Assembly (NCBI GenBank): GCA_023645945.1
Contig: JALAIB010000041.1
Coordinates: 1 to 42,691, forward strand
Direction of reading: 5' to 3'
From: Diploschistes diacapsis
Taxonomy: Eukaryota
Length of the DNA stretch: 42,691 bases
Part shown: piece by piece, positions 14,101 to 25,457 of the stretch
Numbering within the stretch: position 1 is the first letter of the stretch
Layout of the letters: each line of letters begins with the position of its first letter
The notes under the pieces: model-generated
Told to the model about the DNA's origin: nothing
Seen by the model: the letters and a program-made list of their open reading frames with translations, nothing else
The model's database searches: none
Translations under genes and position numbers: made by a program

Positions 14101-17100
14101 ATACTATGCAAGATACTTCCTCAGTAGCAGCTAACCCGCATGCCACGTAAGTGCATCTTCAACGATCCATGCCACAGCCACGCTTTATCTTAATCAAGTA
14201 TGTTCTCCAACAAGTTTAGGCTGCGCGGCAATATTTTGCTCCGTGACAACGTCTCTCTTTGGAACCTGCATTCCTTGGACCGCACTATATAAATCTCGAT
14301 ATGTAAGGCCGCCGACCAGGAAACTGATCACACAAACAATTTCGGGTCTGAATGTGAAATGCATGATACAGTGGACTGAGGCCTTGGCCTTGCAGCGAAC
14401 CTTTGGACCCCTCGAAAGTATATATCTTGGAGAGATAGCTTCAATTAGGCCCTTCGTGTCTATCAACAAGATTAAAAGGAAAATACTCAAGTAACAAACT
14501 ACAAGCCATGGCAGAAGGAGAACAATGTTTTGCGCTGACGATACATGGTAGAAGTAATGAGCAGACTACGGAAGATTTAAACCTACCTCGAAAAATACAC
14601 AAGTGGTCTAGTTTGTGTAGCGCGCCCGGATCCTTTTTATAATATTCTCATTGGAGCATAGTTCGATCTTGATACTACATGGCGCGATATTAGAGACGAA
14701 GATCGGAGTGCTCCAGCGCTACGACATAGCCGATCGTCCTTGTTTAGGACCTGTTTCTACCATTAGCTTGAGCGCCATGGAGCTAAATTCAGAAAGCTAG
14801 GATAATACACCGTTCCAACCTGGCCTATGTCCGGTTCACAGATAAATACACCCTGTGCGGCGAGTGTCTGCCCCTTAATAAGATAGCTTTCCCAGATGAC
14901 GAGGGCCAGGGTTTTACGCATCATCAGCCTCACAGACAGATGCATATATCAGGGACTTAGTACGTAAAGGTCATTCAGAGTCTCTCCTTCCGAATCGTGA
15001 GAAGAGAGCAAAGGAATCCGATAGTTACTGGGGCAAGCCTTTAAATTCACGTCAGAACATGCAACGAGGCTGTCTCCTTTTTTTTTGGTTGTTTGTACCT
15101 AAGTACCTCCCGTTCCGCAAGAAACAGACGTTCAATACAGATCGGGCGGGCTTGTTTGGTGTTGGAGATGCTAATAAGAGTTGCACACGTCCATAGGTGG
15201 CATGGACCCAACAGCTATAGGTTTCCAAGACATTAAATCCGGTGGCAAACAATTGCAGGTTTCTGACAAAGTGCGGGACTCCCACAGAGCTCACAAGATG
15301 ACACAGTATCTGAGCGGAATAAGGGACTATGCAGGAAGCACACATAAGCAGCTGCATAAGACATGAGATTTTAGAAGATACTTTTGGCGAACTGATCTTT
15401 TGCAACGAGATCTATCACAGGACTTACCTAGCACCGGAAGCCCAGTCTGGCAGAAGCTTGTAGCCCTCGGCAGTCAATTCCCTACACCTGTACTGTCTCT
15501 CAATTTAATCCCTCAGCTGAGCGAGCGATTGGTCTGGAGAACGGGCCGGGGTAAGATTTAACAGGATTAGATTGACTGCCACACTATCGTTGTCTTAGAA
15601 AAGCATAATCGAGCTTTATGGAACTCAGAGATAGGACTGAATAATGAAAGCAAAAGAGTTTTACCGAGATGACCGAGAACACTAAAAGACTGTTAACACG
15701 TCGGATTTGCGTCCCTCGCGTAAATCACGTGTTAGCATCTTGCTCTCGTCCTTGTATGCATATCCCAGAGTTTGTTGATAGCTAGCCATAGATGTGGATT
15801 AGCTTCAGGTACCAGCGCCTATTGCTCACGTGTTAGGTGTTTGCAAGCTAGCGACGTCCCCATTCAGATATCAGCTTTGTTATGTTATCTTCACCTTGTT
15901 CATAACACTTTTGCACCTCACTTTCTTCACCTTTCAAACTACAATCATCTTCGACTTCATGCTGTAGATCCTTTCAGCTTTTGTTCCTGTCGCCGCTTGC
16001 CCCTTGCTTCTCGTTCGTTGCTTGCCTTTGCTCCTCGCTGTCGCTTGTGTCTTGCTTCTTGCTCGCTTCATCCCCATGGCCAAGCGCGCAGCTAGTCACT
16101 CGGAGCAGGCCCCTGCCACCTCTCCTACGAAGCCTGCTAAAGGCTGCGCATCGAGCCCCCTATACCTCGTTATTTCTCTCCAAGCACAACTGGCATGGAG
16201 AAACAGACCTACACGTTCTGCACACAAGCTTGGATTAGGGAGCGACAGGAAACGGCTATTCGAGGCAGGAACAGACCTCGTACGAACCCATTGCAAGTGC
16301 CCAGACTGTTCCCCAGCACCTGTTGCAAAATTCTTCAAGAGGCTGGAGAAAGTAGCTTGGGGTGAAGTTCCGTACACACAGTGTATTGCCCCGGAGCTGA
16401 TTCCCGTAGTCCGAGATGGGTCAGGGAGCAGCAAAATTTGTACAATGTGAGAACTCTAGGACAGACCTCGCATTGGCGCAAAAAACCCGTCCAGGCTGCT
16501 CTATGCCCGTTGCTGCGAACTCGCCAAGAGCTTCGATGACTACAGGAATAGGGAGCATAGAAGATGCGGTGTATGATTCGGAAGCTGATTGCATTTGTCG
16601 AAGTTGGTCGGGAAGCAGCATCGACATATGCTGCCATCGCTAGAATAGACCTTGTATCACCAAAGTAACATCATACAGGCTGTTCTGTGCCCCCTGCTAA
16701 AGAGTCTCGGCAGTGGATGAAGAGATAGAGGGACGAGGAGTAGCAGTCGAACTGCATTGCTGCTAAGTCGATATATATGTGTGTAAAAAAGTCAAGACCT
16801 TTTTTTTGCAGATTTGAGTGGCAACTTATCCAGGGGTTGCTTCGTGCCGAGTACGGATTGCCATCGCACAACGATATGCATATAATCGTGGGCACGCAGC
16901 TGTTGATAAAGGCTAGAGGAAATTCAGGTAGGATCGCACACAGTTATTGATAGGACACTGTGCCGCTAAATATAGGAGCACTCTCTGATTGTTGCTTGTG
17001 TCGACTCCCCTCTGGCCCGTCTGGTATGCGCACATCCTGCGATAGAGTTCCGGAAGGCTAATGATCGACGATAATAGGATTCGTCACAATTTCAGTTCAC

Positions 17101-18727
17101 CCCCTTGCCGGTGCCCTGTTGTTTGGCCTGCGCGAAGAGGCTATTGACTGCCGGTGTGGTGCCCGTTTGGCCTTCTTGTTCTGGTCTTTCTTCTGGCAAA
17201 TCCGCTTGCGAATCCTATTCTGCTCCGATTGCGAAACGTGTTTGTGAAATCGTGAATCCCTTTTATTTGGTTGACTAGAGATTTTGCCTACTAATTATGT
17301 ACCCGGTAAATACCCAGCTTATTTATTCCTGAGCTGCGTAGGATCATAAAATGTGCTGTTATCTTTTTAACGCAAGGCTACAAAGGAAAGCAGAAGCCGA
17401 AGGCCAAGCCGACAACAACGGCTACAAAGAACTGAACGCACTCAGGAGGGGATTGACAGGGGGTTCAGACTAATTTGAGGGGAAAAAATACAGCAAAGGA
17501 AAGGAAATTGAAGACAGCCGCGCTAGCATTGAAGCACCTGCAGAAGAGGGTAGGAGATGGACTGGTTGCTTTGCAAGCAGAGATGGAATGGAAGCAGGAA
17601 GAGGGTCTCCTTCCCATGGTAGTGAGGCTCGATAACGAAACCCATGAGTGTGAAGATGACGAATCTAAGGATATTGAAAAAAATGAAGGGGAGAATCTAA
17701 AGATAGAAGCGAAAAGTCGCAGGTATAGTCGGACCAACAGCACAGAGGAAGAGCTTGTTCAGCTTACTACTAAGCGGACTGCGGCTGGCTGCCAACAGAC
17801 TCTATCCGATATAATCGAGGCAGCGTTTAAGACAGGCGATGTAGGAGCTGATCTAGTTCTGCAACGCTAGGCGCTGGTAAGTTCGTTTCATGGTGACCGA
17901 AAGAAACGACTCCTTCACTAAACAGGGCCCCCCTAAAGACCAGACAGACCGACAAGGCCAGGCAAATGCGGTCGGGTAAATCTGTTTATCGTGTCCCTTA
18001 TATGCTACAGAATCGCAATTCTCAAAAAGGCAAGAAAAGCATAAGACGGTGATACACATGTCGATACCCTGGCCCGCGCCCTAGTTTTAAACACATCAGA
18101 TAGACAATAGGACGGTGCAGCGCAACTGGCATATGAGCCTCATTTGGCCTGTCAGCATTACCAATAGTCATTCAGCAACTGGTAAGCAGTAGAGCCTGTC
18201 TTCATTTGCGGCACTCATTTCTCCCATATATGACCGCAAGCTGTGTGACATGGGCCGATGATCAATGCGGCGATGTTAATTCAGGGGAGTACTAAGAAGT
18301 CGATGGGGAAGTTAGGCATTCTGGACAGACAGACAGAGTCAAGCTTAGATGGACGGATATGGGCCTTGATGATTGCGTTTACTTAAGTGATAGGCAGAGC
18401 ATGATTGCTAGCAGGAGTGTAACAGAATGCAAGTCTGCTTAAAGAGACGAACGCTTTATCCGTTAGCTGTTCTCCTTACCTTTCGTCCCAGTGTTTTTTG
18501 TCAGAACGTGGTAGCTCTAGGCCGCATTACCGTAATAGCTGTAACATACATTGTAAAAACAAACAAATATTAGTACTATACCCAGTACCGCACCCAAATG
18601 ACATTTCAAATGAGAGCTTTCGAGCAACTTTCCACGATAGGATGCCGAGTCTATCATGGACCATGGCGCACCTGCTGTGGGCGAAAAAGGTGAGTCAATA
18701 ATGCAGATTCTCTGGCGCTCGAACGTC

Positions 18728-18745
18728 CAGCAGCAGCAGCAGCAG
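18728..18745 (+). repeat. (CAG)6 microsatellite
   Basis: Read directly from the sequence. Confidence 0.9.
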
Positions 18746-18872
18746 CTCAGGTGTTTCCAGAGATCTTTCGAAGCTGATCTCTACAGTATCCTAAAATCAT
18801 CTCCGAATCTTTCTACAATCTGACATCGTCGCCATCGAACCCAAGTCCTGCTTCTTGACATCCGTCATGACT

Positions 18873-19107
18873 GAAATCTTACGACCATCCAAGGAGGGCG
18901 GCAAACCCATCGATAATGTCGTTACCCTAAACTGTCGCAATGCATCAACTCGACTTAGCAGCAGAAGCTAAAAGGTCGAATCTTTTCAATGTTAAGTAGA
19001 TCCAACCTTTTAGCTTCTCCAGCGAGGCCGAGTTGGTGCGTTGCGTAAGTCAGGGTACTGGTGTTATCGATGGGTTTGGTGCCTTCCATGGATGGTCGTA
19101 GGATTTC
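18873..19107. repeat. Long imperfect inverted repeat (arms 18873-18983 and 18998-19107, 14-nt spacer)
   Basis: Hand alignment of the left arm with the reverse complement of the right arm: ~88/110 identical, 1 gap; blocks such as TACGACCATCCA, CAAACCCATCGATAA and AGAAGCTAAAAGGT are exact. Confidence 0.95.
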
Positions 19108-21775
19108 GACCAATATATCCTAGCTATTGGGTTCCATTGTAATAGTCTCTCGATTCTGCCGGACCGTCTCATATTCACTGATTCGCAGCCGCGAACCATG
19201 CCAGTAGCGGGGCGTAAGGGGGGCAGGAAACTGGGGATGATCGCGAGGTTCAGCTCGGTGTCACTCCAGTATGCATGATCATTTAATCTCCGTCAGCACC
19301 CTGCTCGACGTATTTGCAATGGAGAGGACTCCGCTTACATGTAGGATCCGTAGATACGGATACTATGTATAGAGAGCGTAATCTCAAGATACTTGCCACG
19401 CTGACACTGTATGCAACCAGTCAGAGCTGCTTGTCAAAACTCAGTAAGGCGGAATTTACCTCCCACCAATAACGAAAACCATCATAGACGTATCTTGCTC
19501 TTCTTCAGGATCTGTATTGAAAGGATTATACGTAGTGGAACTACCAAAATAGAAACGTGGCAATGATGACTGCAAGCGTTAACAAACCAAAGAGCCAGAA
19601 AGTCCAAACAGGAGCCTGGACTACAGCTGTCCCGGAAGTCTGAAGCTGGAAGGCAGATGGTGAAAAGTATTAATAATAGTGTACGTCAAGTAGGCAAAAA
19701 TGACTCAAACGTTGGTATAGCATGGCCAGCGGCTTCTCTTTTGCGAAGGTGCGATAAAGCGGAGCGTCTGAATACAATCGTGAACTTGGTCAAGCTGAGA
19801 GAGACGTAGTAGAAGGGGATGCTCCAGTAGAAGAACTGCCTTGGTCAGCTCGACTACACTAACGGTGCCTCTCTAACTCGTACCTTGAGGAAGGAACTAC
19901 TATCATCACATAGTCGCCCTTTGCCAAATTCTTCACCAACGCCGCTCGAGTATATAACCGTGCAAACACCGTAAAGGAAGCCAGTACAGTAAAAAGGATA
20001 CAAAGCCCGAGGACACTGGGACGACGACATCATGGATGAAGAAATCACATGGGAAACGAGAAAAGAGAAAAATAGAGAAACTTTTGCTGAATGTGAACAA
20101 GCACGGCATAGATATCCGGGTGCATGGCCAAAGCTCCATGATATATTTGGACAATGATGAGGAAAGTTAGCGGCCTCCGCTATTAATGGCGTTACTGCCA
20201 CGCAGAGCTGCAACTCATCCACCAGGGAGAACAAGCCTGGCATAAGCCCGCACCCCGTTCTCTCGTTCTCTCGTACCAGAACCTGAATGCACCATGCTAC
20301 CGGAAGCTGACCCAAAGTCCTAGCATAAAGCTAACACATATAAGAATGAGGCGTCGTATATGAAATTTTGCTCTTGTGCCTGGGGATAGGGACGATGTGC
20401 GCCAGGTCTCTAGCCTGTGTATGCATGGTTCGAACTGTAAGAATTCCAGGTAAATATACGCAAGAATCCAACCAGTCCTGCCAATACCAGCAAATGAAAA
20501 TCACTCTATAAGCAGTTTCATTGAGTGCTTCAATTCATAGCATCAACTGTGGAGAGCTGACGGGATGGTCTTCGGTAGATGCAAAGCTGACTCTGCTCCG
20601 CTTGAGTGGAAGCATCATCTTGAAACGTGCATAGAGGTGTAATCGGTAAGGAGACATGTGGTTCGACTTTGGCGCCATTGGCGTAGGTCCTACACCCGAG
20701 TCTGAATGCGTCCTTTTGAGTTTTGGAGTCCCGTCTTCGTATCCTTTCCCCTTCCATATTTTTGTAATGCAGAGTACAACCACGGGTTATAGCTGTGAAT
20801 GAGGCCCATACTGAATGAGCTGGCTTTGCTGATGAGCTGCTACCCAGAGACCAGCTCAGGCAGACAAAGATCATGACGACGGAGACTAGCACCCAAATTA
20901 CTGCAAAAGAGTGCCTGAATCTCCGACGTTTTTCTAGTCACCTTTGGAAGTGCCACCACGTACTTCCATGAATGGCAAATATTTCCACCGGCGTGAATTC
21001 TTCTGTCCCAAGGCCCGACGTCGATCATCACACGTTATGCTTTGCCAGAATTGAACCTTGTCTGAATGGGCCGTTGTATTCACAAGGGATAGTGGTTGAA
21101 CTCGAAATATGTTTCGATTAAAGTTGAGGTGTGTTTTCTGAGTATGATGGTGGGAAATGAGGCACGTTCTGGGAGATATCGCATGTATCAGCCTTCGTAC
21201 AGGGTAGAGATGCAGCAAATCCTTGGTATATTCATCAGAGATGACTTCTTATGCTTTCGAAACTGTGCATCGTATAATGAACTGATGCCTCAGTCACACA
21301 GTCGAAGATATAGGCCCTGCATCAGGCGTGGTCGATGAGCGCAGATAGATGTTACGTAGATTCTTTTGAAAACTGCCAGAAAATCTGCGGTGGCTGCACC
21401 AGACATTGTAAATATGCTTCGTAGGATTTTTTCCCTGTAGATTTGACGGTATCCTTTTCAGATCTGCGCTTTTTCTTGTAAACTCCCCAACAAACATCGT
21501 AGATTTGGAGTATAGATTTCAATTACCTAGGTTTTGCTCGTAGACTGTCATCGGAGCTTGAAAAGTGGCCTGGACACTTGAACTTTACTGTTAGCAATGA
21601 TTTGGCCGTTCCACTAAACTCTTCAGTTATAGCTATTCGTTCCCTAGTACATCAAATATCCATGCAAAAACAACAGCCAGCCGACTTTTTCCCAGACGCC
21701 AAACCCATGAGTGTCTGCGTGAACCGCCATATCTCTACTCTGGCTTTATCCCCATCATGTAATCAGGTCGCTGGT

Positions 21776-23575
21776 TTACAAAGCGACATAGTCAATTCTC
21801 GCTCTTCCTTCCTCGGCAACTTTCCCACTGACTTCCCTAGCTCTCATACCACTCCCCGCGCCTGTGTCACCGGCGTCGATGCCTGAGCTGACGATCCTGT
21901 CTAGTCCCTGCCTGGCTTGTCCGAACATTGGTGCTCCCGGGAGATCACCGTAGATCTTCCCAGGGCGTCCTCCTGCCGACGATGCTGATACTTCACTCCT
22001 CGGTGCCCTGTCAGCCAGCCGAATATCCGACCAGACTGATGGATTCCAATAGCGTGTGCTCGGGTTATCGTTAGGGTTTTGCAGTGCTCGTGCTCCAGGT
22101 GAGCGACGATGTTCCGCACTCTGTGGTGTAGGCGGGTTCATTGCCAGCGGACGCGGCGAACGATTACTGTAGTCATATTTGTCGTACTTGGCTGGCTTGA
22201 TTGCTGGAGGCGGCGAGGCACGGTAAGATTGCTTAGCGTCAAAGCTTCGAAGGTGCTGGAGCTCTGGAGGTGCAAAATGTGGAGGGGATGGAGGTGGAGA
22301 AGGGTGTGAGATCCAATTTTCACCATCGTCCTGCGGTGCATAACTGTATTCTGATGGAGGTTTGGTTGATGGAGGGCGCGGGGATTTTTTGTTCAGTTCA
22401 GCATACACTGTTGAATTAGGCCGAATAGGTGAGTACCGATGCTCAGAAGCAGCGGTGGAACGCGGACGCACTGGTGGTCCATTGGCCGGCGACCTTGACT
22501 GCTCTGAGACGATTGTTGAACTAGGCCGAGAAATAAGCTCTAAGTCTGCGGTGGGTGAACGCTGCGATATAGGATTGTTATAGTAATTGCTCCCAAGGTT
22601 GGCCCTTGAGCCACGGTTGCTGGCCGCACTTCGCCTTTGAGGAGACAAAATGTTTGACGAGTCATTCCTCGTGTGAGCGAAGGGAACTGACCGTGAAGGG
22701 CTGATCAGGGGAGCCGCAGAATCTCGGTTGCTCGGCGGAGTTGATAGAGATGACTTGTTCCGTTTGTGCCTGGATGTCAAATTGTCTTCAAGAGGGTTCA
22801 TGTCCGGTGGCAGTTTTGAGATCTTGCGGAAGGTGACTGCCAGGTAGATTGAGATGCAAAGCGAAGTCAAAAAGAGAGACGCTTCAGTGAGGCTGATTAG
22901 AAATGTAGAGAAAATGATAATATGCGATTGCGTATCGCTTCCGAACATTGTGGTCCATTTCTCCACACCATTGCCTAGACCTCCTTGCAGTTGATTGTGC
23001 GCAAGCAATGCCGTTAACACGACAAATGGTATCAGACCGGCATCGATGATCGAGGCAAATATCATGTAGCTTGCCGAGGACCCTGGAGTCCTGCCTTTTG
23101 GGGATCGAGAAAGGTGGTAGAGCGCATATGTTAGATGTAAGAGAGCGATGCCAGGCTATTGGAAGTTAGCCCACATTCTTCAGAAGCCTTCCGGTGCGCT
23201 TACCGGTACCCTGATGATCCAATCCAATGTTGTTCCGATAGGCTTTATACAGATTACGCAGACCAATAGTCCAGCTGCTCCGAGAAAGGCACAGATGCGA
23301 AGGAGAAGTTGCAGTATTCTAACCCATTTGACAATTGTTTTGGTATGCCGGCTCATCGGCTTCCAGTTCAAATTTCCATAAGGTACGATGAGATAAGAAT
23401 CAGGGTGTCTATCGATTTCTCTGGAACTTATCAATGGACCACTTTGCTTCGGCCTCGGCGCTTTGGGTGTCCATGCTGACTGCGAGACAGGCTTAGGATT
23501 GAAGCCCTGGCTCGTGGCTCCAGAGAAGGTGTAACTCGAGGGCTTGTCATAAACGAACGGAGGTTCAATGCCCAT
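21776..23575 (-). CDS. Uncharacterised fungal membrane protein: ~4 N-terminal TM helices (MARVEL-like) and a long Ser/Pro/Arg-rich disordered tail; exons 23575-23204, 23155-21776
   Basis: Two long ORFs joined in frame by a GTAAGC..GCTAAC..TAG intron; hydrophobic segments (ILQLLLRICAFLGAAGLLVCVICI, YMIFASIIDAGLIPFVVLTALLA, FLISLTEASLFLTSLCISIYLAV) followed by FRKISKLPPDMNPLEDNLTSR. Confidence 0.85.
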
Positions 23576-23871
23576 TGTGTGCTTGAAATTCAGTAGATAC
23601 TATTAAGGAATGTTGGTAGTACTTCTAAGGAATGTGTGCTGGGGGTCAAGGGTAGTAATTGTGCGATCTCATTGCCGAAGGTGGAGCTTGGCTCCAAAGT
23701 TCACAAACAAGCCGCGGGTTGTCATGGTGATAATCTGATACCCTTGGCTAGCGCGGCCTTATCGCACTGCCCAGACGCACCCTTGGCGCGCAGCATTAAG
23801 ACGTCATTGCTTTCCAAATCGTTTGTGTGGTCTGAAACTTTTATTAACATCTCTATGATATCAAATTCTTG

Positions 23872-25431
23872 ATGAAAGTGGCTTCTCAAGCGCTCGGACG
23901 GTATGTGCTCGGGAGGCCATATCATCTACCGAGAAAGCCTTGTGCCAGGCTCCCACAAGGCCAATACACAAGGTCTTTACACAATGCAGTGCCTAAGAGC
24001 TGGCCACTGCGTTTGGCCATCGTGGGCTCAGGACCGGCGGGTTTCTACAGCGCACATAGAGTGATGACTAGGATACCAGACATATCTATAGATATGTATG
24101 AGCAACTTCCTGTCCCGTTTGGGTTGGTCAGATTCGGCGTTGCTCCAGATCACCCGGAGGTCAAGGTCTGCTCACTCCTGAACTTTCTTTGCGAGGTGCT
24201 GATCAAACCATTCTAGAATTGCCAAGATAGATTTAAAGGGATTGCAGAATCGCCCAACTTCAACTTCATTGGCAATGTGTCCGTTGGCGCTGATATCTCC
24301 CTTCCTGACTTGCGCGATAATTACGACATGATACTCTTCGCTTACGGAGCGTCTAAGGACCGCGAGCTTGGGATTCCCGGTGAACATCTAACCGGCATAT
24401 ACTCCGCAAGAGCGTTTGTTGGTTGGTATAATGGCCTTCCAGAGTATGCTGGTCTATCACCAAATCTGCGATCTGGGGAAACGGCTGTAATAATCGGGCA
24501 AGGGAATGTTGCTCTTGACGTGGCCCGCATACTGCTCAGCGGTGTTGATCGTCCAGGTTTTAGAAACACGGATATTACTGAACAAGCTTTGCACGAGCTG
24601 TCCAGGAGCACCATCAAGAATGTGCGCATTGTTGGGCGAAGAGGTCCTTTACAAGCTTCATACACTATCAAAGAAGTCCGCGAGCTAATTCAGCTAGCTG
24701 GAGCAGGCTTTGAGGCAGTAGATAGTAACTTGCTACCGGGACCGGATACAAAGCTGCCACGTGCGCAAAAGCGGATCACTGACCTGTTCAAGAAGCATGC
24801 TACATCTACCAAACGGGATTCTACGGCCCCTAAGTGGCCTTGGACAGTGGGCTTTGACTTCTTAAGTGCTCCGCAGGCATTCATTGGAAGTCGTGATGTG
24901 CAGAACCACCTATCAGCCATCAGTTTTGCTCGCACTGCTTTTACTGAGGAGAAAACCGCATTTGACCCAGTAGCGCGAGTAAAGAACACTGAACAGGTCT
25001 TCAGCATTAGCGCGTCTACAGCATTTCGTAGCATCGGCTACAAGGCTGAGCCCTTACCTGACATGGAGTCTCTCGGCATAAGGTTTGACAATAAGGCAGG
25101 AACGATCCCAAACCTCGGTGGAAGGATCTTGAACGGAGACAAGCATATTCCTGGATTATATTGCGCTGGATGGGTCAAACGAGGACCTACTGGAGTCATC
25201 GCAACAACCATGGAAGATGGTTTCGCCACTGCCGAACTTATCGCAGAAGATTGTGCAGGGAAAACTTCTACGAAGCATGGCTGGGATGCTGTCAAATCTC
25301 AGCTACCTCATGCAACGAATTGGCAAGATTGGCTAAAGATTGATGCAGCGGAGCGGGAGAAAGGAAAAATGCTTGGGAAAGAAAGGGAGAAGATTCAAAG
25401 TATTACCGAAATGTTGAACATCATACGCTGA
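23872..25431 (+). CDS. ARH1: Mitochondrial NADPH:adrenodoxin (ferredoxin) oxidoreductase; intron 24166-24216
   Basis: FAD motif AIVGSGPAGFY, PVPFGLVRFGVAPDHPEVK|NCQ, ARAFVGWYNGLP, NADP motif IIGQGNVALDVARIL, GRRGPLQ, GWVKRGPTGVIATTM; basic N-terminal presequence. Confidence 0.97.
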
Positions 25432-25457
25432 GATCTATTTGCCATCTAAAGCTCCCA

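Noticed and set aside
17475..17870. 131-aa charged ORF
   Set aside because: Starts at TTG, purine-rich low complexity, no family recognised; may be a relic but cannot be supported
18655..18790. Possible mini-exon MDHGAPAVGEK with GTGAGT donor upstream of the hairpin
   Set aside because: No downstream long frame could be joined; could be part of a hairpin host transcript but is unsupported
19338..19369. Small hairpin (TAGGATCCGTA/TACGGATACTA), considered as a Helitron 3' end
   Set aside because: No terminal CTRR at the expected spacing and no Rep/helicase remnant
20380..20440. GGTTCGAA T-loop-like motif
   Set aside because: No cloverleaf or acceptor stem; not a tRNA
3500..21770. Starship or other giant transposon; CRISPR or prokaryotic systems
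   Set aside because: No DUF3435 recombinase, cargo genes, spaced direct repeats or operon-like structure; the DNA is intron-containing fungal sequence
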